From Deltaproteobacteria bacterium (lineage in GTDB: Bacteria > UBA10199 > SPLOWO2-01-44-7): a stretch of 43,910 nt of DNA. The notes under the pieces are model-generated. The model worked only from the letters and a program-made list of their open reading frames with translations. It ran no database searches and had not been told where the DNA came from. The position numbers and the translations under genes were made by a program. Below, one piece after another: positions 42,868 through 43,910 of the stretch (positions are counted from its first letter, which is position 1; each line of letters begins with the position of its first letter). The stretch spans positions 1 through 43,910 of the forward strand of contig JACRBV010000062.1 in assembly GCA_016213065.1 (NCBI GenBank), given 5' to 3'.

Positions 42868-43907
42868 CCCTCCTTTTTTTTCAAAAGTGCGGCACGTTCC
42901 AGTCGCTGGTTTGGCGTTTCACTTTGCGAAAGGGCAATGGTGGAGAATGGAATAATCCGCGGACCTTTATAACCCTCCACAACCGGCGGGCTCCAAAGCA
43001 CCGGCTTACACGGCATTGTTCTCTGTGTCCCCTGTTCAAACATTTTGGAAATGGCATTGTCCACCCGTGCAAGCAATGGTCCCTGCTCTTCAACCAGAAT
43101 ATTTTCCCGAATGAAAATTCTAATATATTCATAACCCTTTCTTATAAAAGTAAGGTCCGCCGCTCCGGCTGTTTTCAGTTTATCCACGCGCTCAAAAAGC
43201 AGATTTACACGTCCTCGTAGGGTCAGTTCGAGGAGAGGAAATAATTCTCTCAGATGGGGAAGGGCTTCCCGCGCGGCTTCCACGATATCCGGAGCTTTGA
43301 GAATACCGGCTACCCATGCAAGCGTTTGACCGGCGATTCCATCACGCTCATCGAAAAGGATGCTTTCAAGCATTGATATTGATAATTTCTGTGGATCAAG
43401 CGCCCATGTCCGCCACAGATGTTCCTCCACAAAACCCATATTCGTGAAGAACCCGGAGAAATTCACTTTGAGTCTTTCCCTGTCCCCGCGATCAATTTGC
43501 GGCACAATCACATCATTGAAAAATTTGGTTAGAATGGCAATCCCTGTGCGGGCCATGCCTTCGTGGGCTTCTCTGGCGCCAGCAATATCTCCCAGCCCAT
43601 AATAAAGGGAGAGTGTAATGGCATAGAGACTATGAGCTCCTGCCACTCTCCCCCTTCTTTCCGCCTCACGGGCATTTTGTATATATTTTGCGGCGTTTCG
43701 TTCGTCATTCAAACTAACGTATCTACTTGTTGCGGCGCCAACTTTTCCTGCCGCTTGCCAAACCTCTCTTTTCCCACCAACAGTCGCAGTTCCTTCTGCA
43801 ACGGGAGCACCCTGCGAATCAACTCTCTCTGCACCACGATCAGGACGCAACTGTTTCAAAGCATCTTGGGGAGAACCAAAACGTTTTCCCGATAATTGGG
43901 GTTTCAA
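42795..43907 (-). CDS. Hypothetical protein, N-terminus probably outside the window
   Basis: The ORF is open to the window edge, and the TTG at 43907 is likely not the true start. The last 25 codons after the A8 tract look like out-of-frame sequence. Confidence 0.55.
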   Translation of the reverse strand: MKPQLSGKRFGSPQDALKQLRPDRGAERVDSQGAPVAEGTATVGGKREVWQAAGKVGAATSRYVSLNDERNAAKYIQNAREAERRGRVAGAHSLYAITLSLYYGLGDIAGAREAHEGMARTGIAILTKFFNDVIVPQIDRGDRERLKVNFSGFFTNMGFVEEHLWRTWALDPQKLSISMLESILFDERDGIAGQTLAWVAGILKAPDIVEAAREALPHLRELFPLLELTLRGRVNLLFERVDKLKTAGAADLTFIRKGYEYIRIFIRENILVEEQGPLLARVDNAISKMFEQGTQRTMPCKPVLWSPPVVEGYKGPRIIPFSTIALSQSETPNQRLERAALLKKKEGWKISNGQFFYTCPFFTRTTVGVH

Positions 43908-43910
43908 TCC

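Overview
Chromosomal window from an uncultivated diderm bacterium. It contains no rRNA, CRISPR array, transposase or integrase, and the lineage cannot be fixed from this sequence. A Bd0055-like histone and a tail-fibre-like adhesin hint at a Bdellovibrionota-like organism, but that is speculative.

Housekeeping genes:
- nuoA-G operon (minus strand, 14-5129)
- icd
- a PolX / glutamine amidotransferase / endonuclease III repair operon
- rlmH, rnhA, RNase P RNA (rnpB), aroA
- a PfkB-family kinase
- an AI-2E family transporter and an APC-family permease
- a three-gene two-component signalling cluster
- a GGDEF diguanylate cyclase

Accessory or unusual content:
1. A tRNA-Lys(CUU) is split by a 252-nt group I intron. 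P1, P10 and the conserved core can be read directly from the sequence. An HTH plus LAGLIDADG-like ORF lies immediately upstream and runs into the tRNA.
2. A start-less PT-TG polymorphic-toxin/immunity cassette sits next to a tRNA(CAT). A decayed second cassette follows it.
3. A Phd-MNT fusion is paired with a HEPN protein.
4. A 61-aa bacterial histone-fold protein.
5. A five-gene envelope/surface operon ends in a phage tail-fibre-like protein.
6. A family of nested-hairpin, MITE-like repeats occupies at least 9 loci. One full copy has a perfect 7-bp target-site duplication that regenerates two overlapping convergent stop codons. One hairpin unit is inserted in-frame in aroA.
7. Strictly 7-nt (and once 8-nt) periodic tandem arrays fill gene junctions. 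They occur at three nuo spacers and at the icd/DUF3047 junction, where inverted arrays bracket the start codon.
8. A block of domain-less ORFs (38145-43907) surrounds the GGDEF gene. It contains a (CTTT)6 tract in a divergent promoter and a dnaX-type A_AAA_AAG / A8 tract where two ORFs would fuse by a -1 shift.

All protein-family calls come from motif recognition by eye. No searches or alignments were run.
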